A DNA stretch of 64,000 nucleotides from Alphaproteobacteria bacterium (GTDB lineage: Bacteria > Pseudomonadota > Alphaproteobacteria > GCA-2731375). The notes under the pieces are model-generated. The model was not told where the DNA came from. It made no database searches and saw only the letters and a program-made list of their open reading frames with translations. The DNA lies in NCBI GenBank assembly GCA_965232515.1, contig CBDDPY010000002.1:832001-896000 (forward strand). The letters are read 5' to 3'. Both the position numbers and the translations under genes were made by a program. This document shows, piece by piece, positions 28,103 to 36,166 of the stretch; the first letter of the stretch is position 1; each line of letters begins with the position of its first letter.

Positions 28103-29744
28103 AGAGCTTCTCCTTGAAGGGTTGCAGACCGACGCGGCGATAGGTGTCGAGGAACTGTTCGCCCCGGTCCCGTTGTTCCAAGTACGTGTCGACGATGGTT
28201 TCGACGGCGTCCGCGATCTCGTCGCCGGAAAAGGCCGGGCCGACCAGATCGCCGAGCGCGGCGTTCTCGTCGGCATTGCCGCCGAGCGTGACCTGGTAGT
28301 GCTCGGTGCCCTTCTTGTTGACGCCGAGGATGCCGATGTTGCCGACGTGATGGTGCGCGCAGGCGTTAATGCAGCCGGAGATGTTGAGCGTGAGCCGGCC
28401 GATATCGTGCAGGCGCGCGAGATTGTCGAAACGCCGGCTGATCTGCTGCGCGATCGGGATCGAGCGGGCGTTCGCCAGGTTGCAATAGTCCAGCCCCGGG
28501 CAGGCGATGATGTCGGTCAGAAGGCCGATATTCGCCGTCGCCAGTTCGGCCTGCTGGAGTGCCTGCCAGAGGGCATGCAGGTCCGAGAGCCTGACGTCGG
28601 GCAGGACCAGGTTCTGCTCGTGCGCGACGCGGATCTCGCCGAAGCTGTAGCGCTCGGCCACATCGGCGACGACCTCCATCTGCTCGGCCGAGGCGTCGCC
28701 CGGCACGCCGCCGGTCGGCTTCAGCGAGATGTTGACGACGGCGTAGCCCGGCTGCTTGTGGGCGACAACGTTGCTGCGCACCCACTGGGCGAAGGCCGGA
28801 TCGGACAGGCGCTTCTCCTCGAAGGCCGCCGAGACGGCGTCGAGACGTTCGTAGGCCGGCGGCGCGAAATAGGTTTCGATGCGGGCGATCTCGTCGGCCG
28901 GCAGGTCGAGCGCGCCACCGCGGATCTCCCGCCACTCGGCTTCGACCATCTCGGCGAAAGTCTCGGCGCCGACCTGGTTGACCAGGATCTTGATGCGCGC
29001 CTTGTGGATGTTGTCGCGGCGGCCGAGCTGGTTGTAGACGCGCAGGATCGCTTCCAGATAGGACAACAGATCCTGCTTCGGCAGGAAGTCGCGGATCGTC
29101 TTACCGATGACGGGCGTGCGGCCGAGGCCGCCGCCGACCATCACCTCGAAGCCAGCCTCGCCATCTGCGTCGATGTGCATGCGAAGTCCGATGTCGTGCG
29201 CCCGTACCGCCGCACGGTCGTGCGGCGCGCCGGTGATGGCGATCTTGAACTTGCGTGGCAGGAACGAGAATTCCGGATGCAGGGTCGACCATTGCCGGAT
29301 GATTTCGGCATAGATACGCGGATCCTCGATCTCGTCGGCGGCGACGCCGGCGAACTGGTCGGCCGTGACGTTGCGGATGCAGTTGCCGCTGGTCTGGATC
29401 GCGTGCATCTCGACATCCGCCAGATCGGCCAGGATGTCGGGCGCGTCTTCCAGCTTGATCCAGTTGTACTGGATGTTCTGGCGCGTGGTGAAATGGCCAT
29501 AGCCCTTGTCGTAGCGGCGGGCGATGTTGGCGAGACGCCGCATCTGTGGCGACGACAGCGTGCCGTAGGGAATGGCGACCCGCAGCATGTAGGCGTGAAG
29601 CTGCAGGTAGAGGCCGTTCATAAGGCGCAGCGGCTTGAACTCATCCTCGGTCAGTTCGCCGTCGAGGCGGCGGGCCACCTGACCGCGGAACTGCGCCACG
29701 CGCTGCTGTACGAAGCCGTGGTCGAATTCGTCGTAGCGGTACAT
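28089..29744 (-). CDS. cysI: Sulfite reductase hemoprotein
   Basis: MYRYDEFD, HFTTRQN, TSGNCIRN, ACPGLDYC, SGCINAC. Confidence 0.93.
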   Translation of the reverse strand: MYRYDEFDHGFVQQRVAQFRGQVARRLDGELTEDEFKPLRLMNGLYLQLHAYMLRVAIPYGTLSSPQMRRLANIARRYDKGYGHFTTRQNIQYNWIKLEDAPDILADLADVEMHAIQTSGNCIRNVTADQFAGVAADEIEDPRIYAEIIRQWSTLHPEFSFLPRKFKIAITGAPHDRAAVRAHDIGLRMHIDADGEAGFEVMVGGGLGRTPVIGKTIRDFLPKQDLLSYLEAILRVYNQLGRRDNIHKARIKILVNQVGAETFAEMVEAEWREIRGGALDLPADEIARIETYFAPPAYERLDAVSAAFEEKRLSDPAFAQWVRSNVVAHKQPGYAVVNISLKPTGGVPGDASAEQMEVVADVAERYSFGEIRVAHEQNLVLPDVRLSDLHALWQALQQAELATANIGLLTDIIACPGLDYCNLANARSIPIAQQISRRFDNLARLHDIGRLTLNISGCINACAHHHVGNIGILGVNKKGTEHYQVTLGGNADENAALGDLVGPAFSGDEIADAVETIVDTYLEQRDRGEQFLDTYRRVGLQPFKEKLYAAH

Positions 29745-29752
29745 GGACGACC

Positions 29753-30052
29753 TCAGCGCTGAGCGGCCTGGTAGCCGAGATCGGGCCGGATGCTCGGCCC
29801 CTTGGCGCGGATGGTTTCGCGCTGGCCAAGTGGCTGGATAGCGCCGGCCTCGACGGTGACGTCGAACAGGTAGGGGCCGACGACGATCCGGCGGTCGACG
29901 TCGCGCTCGGCCGTCGCCAGCAACGCGGACGCGGTCTCCGCGCCGTCGGCGACGGCAGCGTCGGCCAGGCGGTCGGACCAGCCGTTGTTGGGGGCGAGGT
30001 AGACGACCTGGCCGTCGTGTAGACGGTTGGCCGTGACGACTTGCTGGGACAT
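29753..30052 (-). CDS. DUF2849 family protein
   Basis: VTANRLHDGQVVYL, RETIRAKGPS; usual position upstream of cysI. Confidence 0.88.
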   Translation of the reverse strand: MSQQVVTANRLHDGQVVYLAPNNGWSDRLADAAVADGAETASALLATAERDVDRRIVVGPYLFDVTVEAGAIQPLGQRETIRAKGPSIRPDLGYQAAQR

Positions 30053-30066
30053 GGATCTGATCTCCT

Positions 30067-31470
30067 TCAGGAGGCGCGGGCTTGGGGGAGGGCGGGGGCG
30101 AAGGCGGTGCTGGCGAAACGGACGACGTCACCGATGACCAACAGAGCCGGACCGTTGATGGCGTTGTCGGCGACCAGCTCGCCGAGGCCGGCCAGGCGGC
30201 CGCTGACAAGTCTCTGACTGGGCAAGGTGGCGTTCTCGATGACGGCGGCGGGCGTATTGCCGTCGCGACCATGGGCGATCAGGCGCGCGGCAATGGTGCC
30301 GGCATTCGACAGGCCCATGTAAACGACAATGGTCTGGTCGGTGCGCGCGAGGCCGGCCCAATCCACGTCCGGATCGCCGTCCTTGCCGTGACCGGTGACA
30401 AACGTCACGGCGGACGCGTGATCACGATGGGTGAGCGGAATGCGCGTCGCCGCCGCGGCGCCGGCCGCGGCCGTGATGCCGGGCACGACCTCGACGGGGA
30501 TGTCCTGGCGGCGTAGCTCATCGACTTCTTCGCCGCCCCGGCCGAAGACGAACGGATCACCGCCCTTCAGGCGCAGCACGCGCTTGCCGGCCCGTGCATG
30601 TTCGACCAGCAGCGCGTTGATTTCGTCCTGCGACAGGCTGTGGTTGGCCTTCGCCTTGCCGACATAGATGCGCTCGGCATCGCGGCGCACATAGTCCAGC
30701 AGGTCCGGGCCGATCAGGCGGTCGTAGACGACGACGTCGCAGTTCTGCATCAGGCGCAGCGCGCGCAATGTCAGCAGGTCGGGGTCGCCGGGCCCGGCGC
30801 CGACGATGTGCACGATGCCGTCGCCGCGCGCGGCGTCCGCCGGCAGATTGACCAGCGCCAGCATGTGCTCGCGCGCCGTGGTCTCGTTACCCGACAGCAC
30901 GGCGTCGGCGATCGGGCCGTCGAAGAAGCGTTCCCAGAACCGCCGTCGATCATCGCCATTTGGGAGGGTGGCGGCGACGGCCTGTCGGAAGGCGCGGGCG
31001 AAGCGGGCGAGACGGCCGATGCCGGCGGGCAGCAGCCGCTCGATCTCGGCCCGAATGCGGCGGACGAGAACGGGCGAGGCGCCGCCGGAGCCGATGGCGA
31101 CGATTACCGGATCGCGGTCGACGATGGCCGGCATGACGAACGTCGACAGTTTCGGCATGTCGACGACGTTGACCAGCACGCCGGCAGCCTGCGCCGCGCG
31201 GGCCACCTGGTGGTCGACGTTCACACGGGTCGTGGCGCTGATGACGAGCGCGTTTCCGTCAACGTCGTCGAGCTCGAACTTGCGCTGCTTCCACACCACA
31301 TCGCAGGCCTCGGCGAGCCCGGCGATCTCGTCGCAGGCGCGCGGCGCGACGACCGTGATCTCGGCGTTGGCCTTGCGCAGCAGGCGGATCTTGCGGGCGG
31401 CGATCTCGCCGCCGCCGACGACGAGGCAGGTCCGGCCGGCCAGATCCAGGAAGATCGGAAAGGCGCTCAT
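30067..31470 (-). CDS. cysG: Siroheme synthase
   Basis: VGGGEIAARK, VGAGPGDPDLLT, RLKGGDP. Confidence 0.95.
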   Translation of the reverse strand: MSAFPIFLDLAGRTCLVVGGGEIAARKIRLLRKANAEITVVAPRACDEIAGLAEACDVVWKQRKFELDDVDGNALVISATTRVNVDHQVARAAQAAGVLVNVVDMPKLSTFVMPAIVDRDPVIVAIGSGGASPVLVRRIRAEIERLLPAGIGRLARFARAFRQAVAATLPNGDDRRRFWERFFDGPIADAVLSGNETTAREHMLALVNLPADAARGDGIVHIVGAGPGDPDLLTLRALRLMQNCDVVVYDRLIGPDLLDYVRRDAERIYVGKAKANHSLSQDEINALLVEHARAGKRVLRLKGGDPFVFGRGGEEVDELRRQDIPVEVVPGITAAAGAAAATRIPLTHRDHASAVTFVTGHGKDGDPDVDWAGLARTDQTIVVYMGLSNAGTIAARLIAHGRDGNTPAAVIENATLPSQRLVSGRLAGLGELVADNAINGPALLVIGDVVRFASTAFAPALPQARAS

Positions 31471-31571
31471 GACGCCACCACCCGCGTGGCGATACGCGCG
31501 TCAGTCAGCGACAGAGGGAATTCTAGTGGGAGTTCGGCTCTTGGCCCGTACACGGTATGCTCCTGTGACAT
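31467..31571 (-). CDS. Putative uORF (34 aa) coupled to cysG
   Basis: MSQEHTVYGPRAELPLEFPLSLTDARIATRVVAS; its TGA overlaps the cysG ATG (ATGA). Confidence 0.35.
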   Translation of the reverse strand: MSQEHTVYGPRAELPLEFPLSLTDARIATRVVAS

Positions 31572-31603
31572 CCCATAACGGGCCCACGGAGCATTCCCCG
31601 TGG

Positions 31604-31655
31604 CGCTTTAGCAGTTTGTAACGCGGATGCAAGCTGCCCGATCAAATCGCCGCGA
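31604..31655 (-). ncRNA. SAM-II riboswitch upstream of the cys-metZ operon
   Basis: Minus strand CGCGG-C-GATTT-GATCGGGCAGC-TTGC-AT-CCGCG-TTACAAACT-GCTAAA. Confidence 0.8.
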
Positions 31656-31690
31656 GTCCGTTGGGGTGGACCAGTCCGCTAACTCTTGCA

Positions 31691-31723
31691 ATATTAGTAA
31701 AGACCTCTTCAGCGGGATGTCAA
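31691..31723 (-). promoter_or_regulatory. Putative sigma70 promoter of the cys operon
   Basis: TTGACA (31723-31718) with AT-rich TTACTAATAT starting 17 nt downstream. Confidence 0.45.
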
Positions 31724-31790
31724 TGTATTTACGCGTGATCCCGTATGATATTTTTTATCTACACCAATTCATGTGGAAATTAGCCGGTCG

Positions 31791-33047
31791 CTAGAAGCGG
31801 TCCGGCCGGAACGGCGTGACGTCGAACGGCGTGTGCCGCCCGGCAATGAGATCCGCAATCAGCCGGCCGGTAATCGGTCCAAGCGTCAGGCCGAGGTGGC
31901 CGTGGCCGAAGGCGAAATAGACCGATCGATGATGCGGCGACGGCCCGATCACCGGCAACGAGTCGGGCATCGACGGCCGGAAGCCCAGCCATTCGCGATT
32001 GACCTCATCCCCAAGTCCAGGAAGCGCCCGCCGTGCCGCCGGCAGCAGACGCCGCACCGCGCGATAGTTTGGCGGCGCGTCGAGGCCGGCGAGCTCGACA
32101 CCGCTGGTGAGCCGGATACCATCCTCCATCGGCGCCAGTACGAAGGAATGATCGCCGATCACGGTCGGCCGGCGAAGCCCAGGTCCGTCATAGGCCGGCA
32201 GGTTGAGGTGATAGCCGCGCTCGGTGTCGAGCGGTACCGGGCTGCCGAGTTGCACCGCGAGCGACTTCGACCAGGCGCCGGCTGCGATCACCAGCGCATC
32301 GAGCGGATGCCGGCCTGACTCGGTGACGACCTCCGTCGGTCCCTCCGGTCCAATCTCGACGCGCGAGACCTTCTCGGTCCGGATCTCGCCGCCGTTGGCG
32401 ACAACGTGTTCGGCCCAGCCACTGACCAGGCGGTGCGGGCTGCTGACGAAGCCGGCGTCGGGCTGGAAAATGCCGTGCCGGAAGATCGGCGCCAGGCCCG
32501 GTTCGAGCTGGCGGATCTCGTCCTCGTTCAGGATCTCGAAGCGCACGCCGTGACGCGTCATCAGGTCGCGGTCGGCCGCCGTCGCGGCGAAGGCGGTGCC
32601 GCTCTTATAGACTTTGAACCAGCCGACGCGATGCACGATGTTTTCGACCCGGCAGAGGTCGAGCTGCTCGGCATGCGCTTCGTAGGCCGACATAACCAGC
32701 GGCGCCAGGGCCTGCGCCAGGGCTTCGACCCCGGCCGGCGTGCCAGCGCGCAGGAAGCGCCAGAGCCAGGGCGCCAGCCTGGGCAGATAGGCGGGCCGGA
32801 TGCGCAAGGGCCCCAACGGGTCGAGCAACATCTTCGGCACCTGCCGCCACAGACCCGGCATGCTGACGGGCGCCACGGCGCCGTTGGCGATGGCGCCGGC
32901 ATTGCCGAACGAGGTGGCGGTGCCGGGCGGACGCGGATCGAAAACCGTGACGCGGTGGCCGTCGGCCTGTAGCCGCAGGGCGCAACTGACGCCGACCGCG
33001 CCGGCGCCAACGATCGTCACGTGCCGGGGCTGCATGGGCGCGGACAC
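31791..33047 (-). CDS. FAD-dependent oxidoreductase, D-amino-acid dehydrogenase (DadA)-like
   Basis: GAGAVG, TSFGNAG, GFRPSMPDSLP, GHGHLGLT. Confidence 0.88.
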   Translation of the reverse strand: MSAPMQPRHVTIVGAGAVGVSCALRLQADGHRVTVFDPRPPGTATSFGNAGAIANGAVAPVSMPGLWRQVPKMLLDPLGPLRIRPAYLPRLAPWLWRFLRAGTPAGVEALAQALAPLVMSAYEAHAEQLDLCRVENIVHRVGWFKVYKSGTAFAATAADRDLMTRHGVRFEILNEDEIRQLEPGLAPIFRHGIFQPDAGFVSSPHRLVSGWAEHVVANGGEIRTEKVSRVEIGPEGPTEVVTESGRHPLDALVIAAGAWSKSLAVQLGSPVPLDTERGYHLNLPAYDGPGLRRPTVIGDHSFVLAPMEDGIRLTSGVELAGLDAPPNYRAVRRLLPAARRALPGLGDEVNREWLGFRPSMPDSLPVIGPSPHHRSVYFAFGHGHLGLTLGPITGRLIADLIAGRHTPFDVTPFRPDRF

Positions 33048-33059
33048 GACGGGTTGCCG

Positions 33060-34334
33060 CTACAACTTGAACGGGATGTAAAGCGCGATGTCGGGGATCA
33101 GATAGATCACCACGATCGAGAACAGCATCATGGCGATGAACGGCAGCACGCCGCGCGCCACGTCCGACAGCTGGGACTTCGCCACGGCCTGAATGACGAA
33201 CAGGTTCAGGCCGACGGGCGGCGTGATCAGGGCGCATTCGATCATGATCACGAACATGATGCCGAACCAGATGGGATCGATGCCGAGCCCGGCGAGCGAC
33301 GGATGCAGCACCGGCACCATGATCAGCAGCATCGACAGCGCTTCCAGGAAGAAACCCATTACCAGCAGCACCAGGCAGACGATGACGATGAACATGCCTG
33401 TCTCGTTTATGTTGGCGGCGATGAGCTGCGAGACGTCGTACGGGATGCGGTAGAGCGTGATGGCCTTGGCGAAGACCTTGGCGCCGGCCAGGATCAGGAG
33501 GATGGTCACCGTCGTGCGCATGGACTCCACGACGGCTTCCTTGATCTGGGCCCAAGTGATCGAGCGCAGCACGAAGATGGTCAGGATCAGCGCCATGGCG
33601 AAGCCGATGCCCGCGGCCTCGGTCGGCGTGAAGATGCCCAAGTAGATCCCAAGGATGATAACCGCGGCCAGCACGAAGGTCGGCGTCGCCCGCATGGTCG
33701 CGCGCACGCGTTCGTCCCAGGTGGCGCGGGCGACCGGCGTGAAGGCGCCGGAGAACTTGGCATAGAGGATCGAGAAGACGATGAACATGCCGGCCAGCAT
33801 CAGGCCCGGGCCGATGCCGGCGAGGAACAGGTCGACGATGCTCTCCTCGGCGACAACGCCGAAGATGATCATCGGGATCGACGGCGGAATGAGGATGCCG
33901 AGCGTGCCGCCGGCCGCCAGCAGGCCGTAGACGAAGCGCGGCTGGTACCCGCGTTCGATCATCTCCGGGATAGCGACGACGCCGATGGTCGCGGCCGTGG
34001 CCACCGAGCTGCCGGAGATCGCCGCGAAGATGGCGCAGGACACGATGGTGGCGACCGCAAGTCCGCCCGGCCAATGGCCGACCCAGGTCTGCACGGCCGC
34101 GAACAGGTCCCGGCCGACGCCGCCCTTCAGCAGGATGTTCGACATCAAGATGAACAGGGGCGCCGCCAGCAGGATGAAGTTGTCGATCGAGCTGTAAAGC
34201 GCCTGTGGCACGATCACCAGCGACAGATCGTTCACCAGCAGCAGGGCGAGCCCGAGGCCGCCCAACGCGAATGCGATCGGTAAACCGGTCAGCAGCAGCG
34301 CCAGTAGTATGACCAGGATGATGAGAGCGGACAT
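33060..34334 (-). CDS. dctM: TRAP transporter large permease
   Basis: SGSSVAT, GTLGILIPPS, ITPPVGLNLF. Confidence 0.93.
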   Translation of the reverse strand: MSALIILVILLALLLTGLPIAFALGGLGLALLLVNDLSLVIVPQALYSSIDNFILLAAPLFILMSNILLKGGVGRDLFAAVQTWVGHWPGGLAVATIVSCAIFAAISGSSVATAATIGVVAIPEMIERGYQPRFVYGLLAAGGTLGILIPPSIPMIIFGVVAEESIVDLFLAGIGPGLMLAGMFIVFSILYAKFSGAFTPVARATWDERVRATMRATPTFVLAAVIILGIYLGIFTPTEAAGIGFAMALILTIFVLRSITWAQIKEAVVESMRTTVTILLILAGAKVFAKAITLYRIPYDVSQLIAANINETGMFIVIVCLVLLVMGFFLEALSMLLIMVPVLHPSLAGLGIDPIWFGIMFVIMIECALITPPVGLNLFVIQAVAKSQLSDVARGVLPFIAMMLFSIVVIYLIPDIALYIPFKL

Positions 34335-34340
34335 GCGGCG

Positions 34341-34847
34341 CTACATCTGCTCTTCGATGCGGTCCTCACCCAGGTCCTCGCCGCGGGTGAGGCGGGCGAG
34401 CAGGGCGAGGCATTGCAGCAGCAACAGGCCGAAGCCGATCGGGATGGCGATCTCGGTATACCATTTGGGCACGCCGAGCATGGTCGAGCTGGCGCGGCCC
34501 TTCTGAATGGAATCGACGACGATCTCGACGCCCCACCAGATCGCGACGCCGCAGAAGCCGGCGATGCAGAGTAGCGAGAACGCCTCCGCCCAGCGCCGTC
34601 CTTGTGCGCCCAGGCGGTCGACCAGCAGCGTGATGCGGATCATGTGCCGGTGCCGCAGCACGTAGGCTGCGGCCAGGTAAGTGGCCCAGATCTGGAAGAA
34701 GCGGCTCATCTCCTCGGCCCAGATCGTCGGCGCGTTGAAGACGTAACGGGCCACCACTTCGTAGGTGATCATGCCGCCGATGACGAAGAACATCCAGGCG
34801 GCGAACCGGCCGCTGAATTCGCCGACGGTATCGATCAGGCGCAGCAT
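34341..34847 (-). CDS. dctQ: TRAP transporter small permease
   Basis: YEVVARYVFNAPTIWAEE; 4 TM segments. Confidence 0.92.
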   Translation of the reverse strand: MLRLIDTVGEFSGRFAAWMFFVIGGMITYEVVARYVFNAPTIWAEEMSRFFQIWATYLAAAYVLRHRHMIRITLLVDRLGAQGRRWAEAFSLLCIAGFCGVAIWWGVEIVVDSIQKGRASSTMLGVPKWYTEIAIPIGFGLLLLQCLALLARLTRGEDLGEDRIEEQM

Positions 34848-34923
34848 GTCAGATCAGGCCAGGCGGACGGAACGGCCGGCGGCAGTGTTGCCGCCGGCCA
34901 TGCCCCCTACGAAACATTCGCCG

Positions 34924-35961
34924 CTATTGCAGCTTGCGCGCTTCGGAGATCAGCTTTTCGCCGAGCGGGCCGGACTGCTGGATGTAGAAGTCGACCACCG
35001 GCTCGGCCGCCTTGCGCCATTCCGCCCGCTGGGCGTCGCTCAGGTCGACCACCTTCATGTCGGTCTCGGCCTTGATCCAGGCGATCGTGTCTTCGTGGAT
35101 CTTGGCGTATTTCTCGCGCAGGTCCTTCTCGACCGTGCGGGCGGCGTTGCTGATGATCTCGCGCTCTTTCTCCGAGAAGTCCTGCCAGACGTCCTCGTTG
35201 ATCAGCACGACGAACTCCAGGCCGGCATGGTTGGTCAGGATCGTGTAGTCCATGACCTCGTGCAGCTTGCGCGACTTCACGGCCGTGACGCCGGTCATGC
35301 CGGCATCGACGGTGCCGCGCTGATAGGCCAGGAACTGCTCCGAGCCCGACATCAGGGTCGGCGCGGCGCCGGTCTGCTTGACGAACTCGCCGAGGATCTT
35401 GCCGAACACGCGGACCTTTTTGTCCTTCATGTCGGCCGGGGTGGCGATCGGCTCGTCCTTGCTCAGCATCACCGACAGGCCAAAGGCCTGCCACCAGAGC
35501 ACACGGGCGCCGGTCTTCAGGATCTCGGCGTCAAGCGCCTCGCGGATCGGGTGGCCGGGCGCGGTGGCCTTGGCAATGGAGGCGTTGTCATTGAACGTGA
35601 ACGGCACGAACATCAGATCGACGGCCGGGATCGTGCCGGCAAAGCGGGTCAGCGACGCCGAGCCCATCTCCACCGCGCCCGAGGCGACGGCCTGCGGCAC
35701 TTCCTTGTCCTTGTAGAGCTGAGCCGAGTCGTAGATTTCGACCTTGATCTCGCCGTTCGACTCGCGTTCGACGATCTCCTTAAACGCCAGGTGGTTCTGG
35801 CCGAGGATGTTCTTCAGCGGCAGCTGCAGCGTGATGCGCAGCGTCTTGGCGGCTTCGGCCGCATCGGGCGTCGCGAACGCCGCCATGGCGCCGATTGTCA
35901 GCGCCAGCGCCGTGGTCTTCATGCCGGCCCGCAGACGCGCGGCAAGGATCGATCCCGTCAT
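34924..35961 (-). CDS. dctP: TRAP substrate-binding protein
   Basis: Signal peptide, DMKDKKVRV, AYQRGTVD; GGAGGAG SD. Confidence 0.92.
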   Translation of the reverse strand: MTGSILAARLRAGMKTTALALTIGAMAAFATPDAAEAAKTLRITLQLPLKNILGQNHLAFKEIVERESNGEIKVEIYDSAQLYKDKEVPQAVASGAVEMGSASLTRFAGTIPAVDLMFVPFTFNDNASIAKATAPGHPIREALDAEILKTGARVLWWQAFGLSVMLSKDEPIATPADMKDKKVRVFGKILGEFVKQTGAAPTLMSGSEQFLAYQRGTVDAGMTGVTAVKSRKLHEVMDYTILTNHAGLEFVVLINEDVWQDFSEKEREIISNAARTVEKDLREKYAKIHEDTIAWIKAETDMKVVDLSDAQRAEWRKAAEPVVDFYIQQSGPLGEKLISEARKLQ

Positions 35962-36166
35962 GTTGTCTCCTCCCAACGGATCAGGATGTTTCGACCGGTC
36001 GGACATGCCGGCCTTCTGTCGCGCATTCTCGTGGCTGTTGCCGCGCCAAGTCAACGTGTCCCGACGGCCACACCGGCAACGTGTTATTAACCATGATGAC
36101 CGCAGCATGCCCGCGGCCTAATCACCAGGGGTCCAGCATCTCACCTCATCTCGACAGGTTGCGGCC

